From: the human T2T-CHM13v2.0 reference genome, Homo sapiens
NCBI RefSeq assembly: GCF_009914755.1
Contig: NC_060928.1
Direction: 5' to 3' (one strand)
Length of the DNA: 64,000 nt
The stretch's first letter is position 1. Every line of letters starts with the position of its first letter. The notes under the pieces were generated by a model. That model was not told where the DNA came from, did not search any database, and saw nothing but the letters and a program-made list of their open reading frames with translations. Of the stretch, positions 60,461 through 64,000 are shown in pieces. The translations under genes and the position numbers were made by a program.

Positions 60461-61207
60461 GAAAATGTAAATATGGGTAGAAGTATGTAAATAAATGCTT
60501 ACCACCTAACATTCCATCCGCCAGATAAATCACAATTTACAATGTGAAACTGTACAATATGGTCCCCACCTTTTTAGGTTGGCATTTAAGTTCTTTCCAG
60601 TTCTTGCCATTACAAATTATGTAGTGACAACACTTTCCATGTTTTGTCATTTTTTAATAGATTTATAGAATTGAGATCCGAGGACTAGTTTTTAATCTTC
60701 TCAGCCTTCCTCTCTGCAGATGAGTTCCTTTTTTCCTTCTGGCAGAGTGGCCAATGAAAATCCCCAGGGTCAGGAAACCATCTGATAATGGCACTTCAGT
60801 GCCTCAGTCTCAACACTTGTTCATTGGAGACTTCCCCGACTCTCCATGCTAAAATCTTCATGCTCAAAAGAGGGAAGGAGAGAAGGAAGGAGCTTCTGCC
60901 CACAGGGGCTGTTACTCTTAATCACTCATTCAACAAACTTTTATGGGAAACTATTGAACATCGTGCTAACAGTGTTTCTTCTACCACAAAATAAAATATT
61001 GCTTTCTCCTAGAAAGTATACAAGATTTCATGATATACCTTTTGTGTATTAACATCAGTCCTCACTCCATATTCCTTTTTTTTTTTTTTTTTTTTTTTGC
61101 CTCTTTTTCACCTATTTCAACTTTCTTTAACCATACTGCATTGTGGCATACCTTAAATTCTTTCTAAGACAAAGAGGCGAAAAAGTACATTAAGATTATA
61201 CCTGTAC

Positions 61208-61290
61208 ACTGGGTGCAGTGGCTCATGCCTATAATCCCGGCTACCCAGCCTAGGCAACAAAGTGAGACCCTGTCTCTTTAAAAATAAAAT
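61208..61290 (+). mobile_element. Internally deleted mini-Alu (~80 bp)
   Basis: Alu head 'ctgggtgcagtggctcatgcctataatcccggctac' fused to Alu end 'ccagcctaggcaacaaagtgagaccctgtctc' plus A-rich tail. Confidence 0.8.
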
Positions 61291-61299
61291 AAGAGAGAA

Positions 61300-61810
61300 T
61301 ATTTGTATACCTAGGACTGTGTTAAAGTAATACCAAACTTAGAGTGATTTAAGCAATAAAGACATCTAATTATTTCAAGTCCGACAAAATCTGAAGGCAC
61401 GTAGCTCAAGAATTGGTCCAGCAACTTATGGTGTCATCCAGGACCTAGGCTCTTTCCATCTTTTTGCTCTGATATGCTCAGCACATTGGGTTTTCATCCT
61501 TTGGCTGATTGTCTCAGGAAGTAAGATCACTGCAACAACTCCAAATACCATGTCCTCACACCACAGGGCACAGAACAGGAAGAGAAAAAAATGTCCTCCT
61601 CATATAAATCTAACAGGGAGAAAGGTCTTCCCCAAAAACATCCTGGAAGAATTCTTTTTACATCTCATTGGTCAAAACTGAGTCATATAAATACGATTCA
61701 CTGTTGAGAAAAGGAGAATCTGTAATTTTCAGCTTCACTTAAGAGGTGTGTTTTCCAGAAGGGAAGAGGTAGTAGAAAATGTTTACTGAGTAGACAACCA
61801 AGCATCTGCT
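61300..61810 (-). mobile_element. Old MLT1 (J/K-like) LTR relic
   Basis: 'gtcatccaggacctaggctctttccatctttttgctctg...tacatctcattggtcaaaactgagtcatat'. Confidence 0.65.
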
Positions 61811-62289
61811 ATGGATACAGGATAGATGGATGGGGTTGGGGTGGATAGATAGGTGAATACATACATACATACCTATATATAGATAAAGTCTTTTTCTAAA
61901 ACTCTAAGGCCCAAATTTCTACCTTCGAGATTTCTATCAACTATGTATCACACAGCTCATAACATTCACAGGCATTCTGCCTCACCCACTCCCTTCTCTC
62001 TCACACACAAGGAAGCCTCAAACTTCCTGCAATATATTTCCTAATATTTTTATTTCGACATTGTCATTGATGCAATACGTAATTGTTCTTTGTTGGGTAT
62101 GGTTGACACTCCCCAGACATATTTACAAAATCTCATTCCTCGATAATACACCCTTTGTTAAATAACTACTAAATTGTCTGGAAGTCTAATGAGTCACCAT
62201 GAATAAGTTGCTATATGTAATTCAGTAAGAAAAAAAATCCAATAAGAACCTTAATATTTAAACAGAATTATAAAATACCTATTTATTAA

Positions 62290-62650
62290 TATATATATTC
62301 GCTACCATCTGCTAACCACTTTCATATTCATTCTCCTATTTAATCTCCATGATGACCCTGTTCAGTTAGCATCATTATTAGCATTTTACAGATGAAGAAA
62401 TAACTACTTATTAAAATTAAGTGACCTTGGCCAGTCACAAATAACAAAGGACAGATCAAGACTTTAACCCACTTGTCCAGAGACATTATACCAATTACTT
62501 TTTGGTTCTACATTAAGTAGGAAAGAATCCAGTGATTTCTCATATTTTGCTATATGCCTGCATTTTTAAGAATTACGAGACTTTAGGCAGATCACTTAAA
62601 GTCTCTGTGGTCCTTAGTATTTTGTTCTGTAAAATTAGGGATGTGAGCAG
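62290..62650. mobile_element. Two MIR relics (- at ~62290-62480, + at ~62560-62650)
   Basis: 'cattttacagatgaagaaa...aagtgaccttggccagtcaca' and 'gactttaggcagatcacttaaagtctctgtg...tctgtaaaattagg'. Confidence 0.7.
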
Positions 62651-64000
62651 GTTAAAGGTACCTAGCCACTAGGATAGCAACCTGAAGACAAGGATCTTCA
62701 ACAAATCTCTGAGCCTTACCTGAACAATGTTGGAACAATTACCACTGCCATGATTCCTTTTCTTCCAACCCCTACCCCCAACATGGTTTTACTCATTCAT
62801 ACATTTATTCAGAACATACTTATGAAGCACCTGCCATGGGCCAAGAATTTTCAGGGGAAAAGGTAAAGAAACAGGAATAGAGTTCTTCCCTTATGCCTAA
62901 GACTTCACTGCCAATAACTTCACCCCTGCCCAATTTCATGGAGAGACTAAAAGTGGTAGATTTCTGAGGATTCTTTGCGTCCTAAAAGGCCAGGAATCTA
63001 TGACTTCAGACATGATAAATCAAATTAAGAGAGTGATCGTAGGAAAGACAGACCTATAGAGAGAGAAATAATCAGGGAAACGGAGAGACCAAAGCCAAAA
63101 GTAACAGCTCACTCTGTTTCCCATTAACACTTCCTCAGATAACACAGAGCATTTGAACAGGGTCCAGGTAGAGCCAGTACTTTCACAGACCCAAAAGTGG
63201 CCCCATCCTGTCAGCCACAAGTCCCCACTGGCCCATTGTGCCTTGCTCACTACATTAATTCCAGAGCCTTATGGTCTGCTCACAGCTTGGATTACGGGAC
63301 CTGCCTAGGACCTTGGGGGCAGCCCTGCACCAAGGCTTTGAAATCCCAGATTTCCCAGTGGCAAAGATGGGTGGTGATGAATGTTTATGACTCCAAAGGA
63401 CCACTGTGAAGATTAATGACTTGTGTTTTGCAAAGAGTTTTTAAATCCCCAGATGAGAGCTGCTCATACAGCTGGCTTCTGCATGATTAGCATTTGCTTG
63501 CTTTAAATTGGTTACTACTGCCATATTTCAAGACCCAAAAAAAAGACCCAGATTAAAGGCAATGCCCAGGAGCCCACTGATAGCTTTTAGATTGTACTTC
63601 CCCAGAGGCTGATGAGCTGACAGAGATAGAACACTCCTATTCAGCACCACCTTTTGAGAGATACATTGCATCTTTACTTTCAGATGTGGGATCAAGAGCA
63701 TAAAAGTCACATTTGAACTAACATCTGATGTCTCCCTTGATACCATGCTGCAGACACTGTTAGGTTTTTGGAACATTTCCAGGCTAATAGCAAAATGATT
63801 TCTTATGGGACCATCAGAGGGGGAAAGACTGAGTAGAGATTTATCTTCCTACTTAGAAAAATAATTAGTAAATAAGTTTGAGTGATAATCACAGAAAATC
63901 CAAACTGGTTTAAAACATGTGACTTCTAACGATCTGTAAATTGATAAGAAACTGTATTTAGAATCGGATTCTCCTTAAAAAAAAGAAAAAGAAAAAAACT

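Overview
Primate (human-like) genomic DNA dominated by transposable elements. I could not identify any host protein-coding exon. The window holds three essentially full-length, inactivated LINE-1 copies, all on the + strand: L1PA4/5-like 6939-13150, L1PA7-like 15663-21861 and L1MA-like 32601-39600. It also holds many L1 fragments, about 12 Alus (J, S and Y types, most with readable target-site duplications, TSDs), solo or partial LTRs (THE1, MLT1, LTR16, LTR33), hAT-type DNA transposon relics (MER30, MER5, MER53, Charlie4), MIR/L2 relics, a 3'-truncated U6 snRNA retropseudogene and several micro/minisatellites. Nearly all long ORFs in the track are broken L1 ORF1/ORF2 pieces or repeat artefacts. 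The most unusual items are: (1) a ~300 bp GC-rich, TSD-flanked, A-tailed retro-insertion at 42681-42987 that starts exactly at a GT donor-like site and contains an apparent complete 71-nt intron followed by a terminal exon; (2) a nested-palindrome mosaic at 3124-3265 built partly from exact copies of sequence 0.8-1.2 kb upstream; (3) a 41-bp A-tailed orphan insertion with a perfect TSD inside the L1MA; (4) a permuted MaLR internal fragment; (5) an E-box minisatellite inside an LTR16. Repeat subfamily names come from recalled consensus features, not from a database search.
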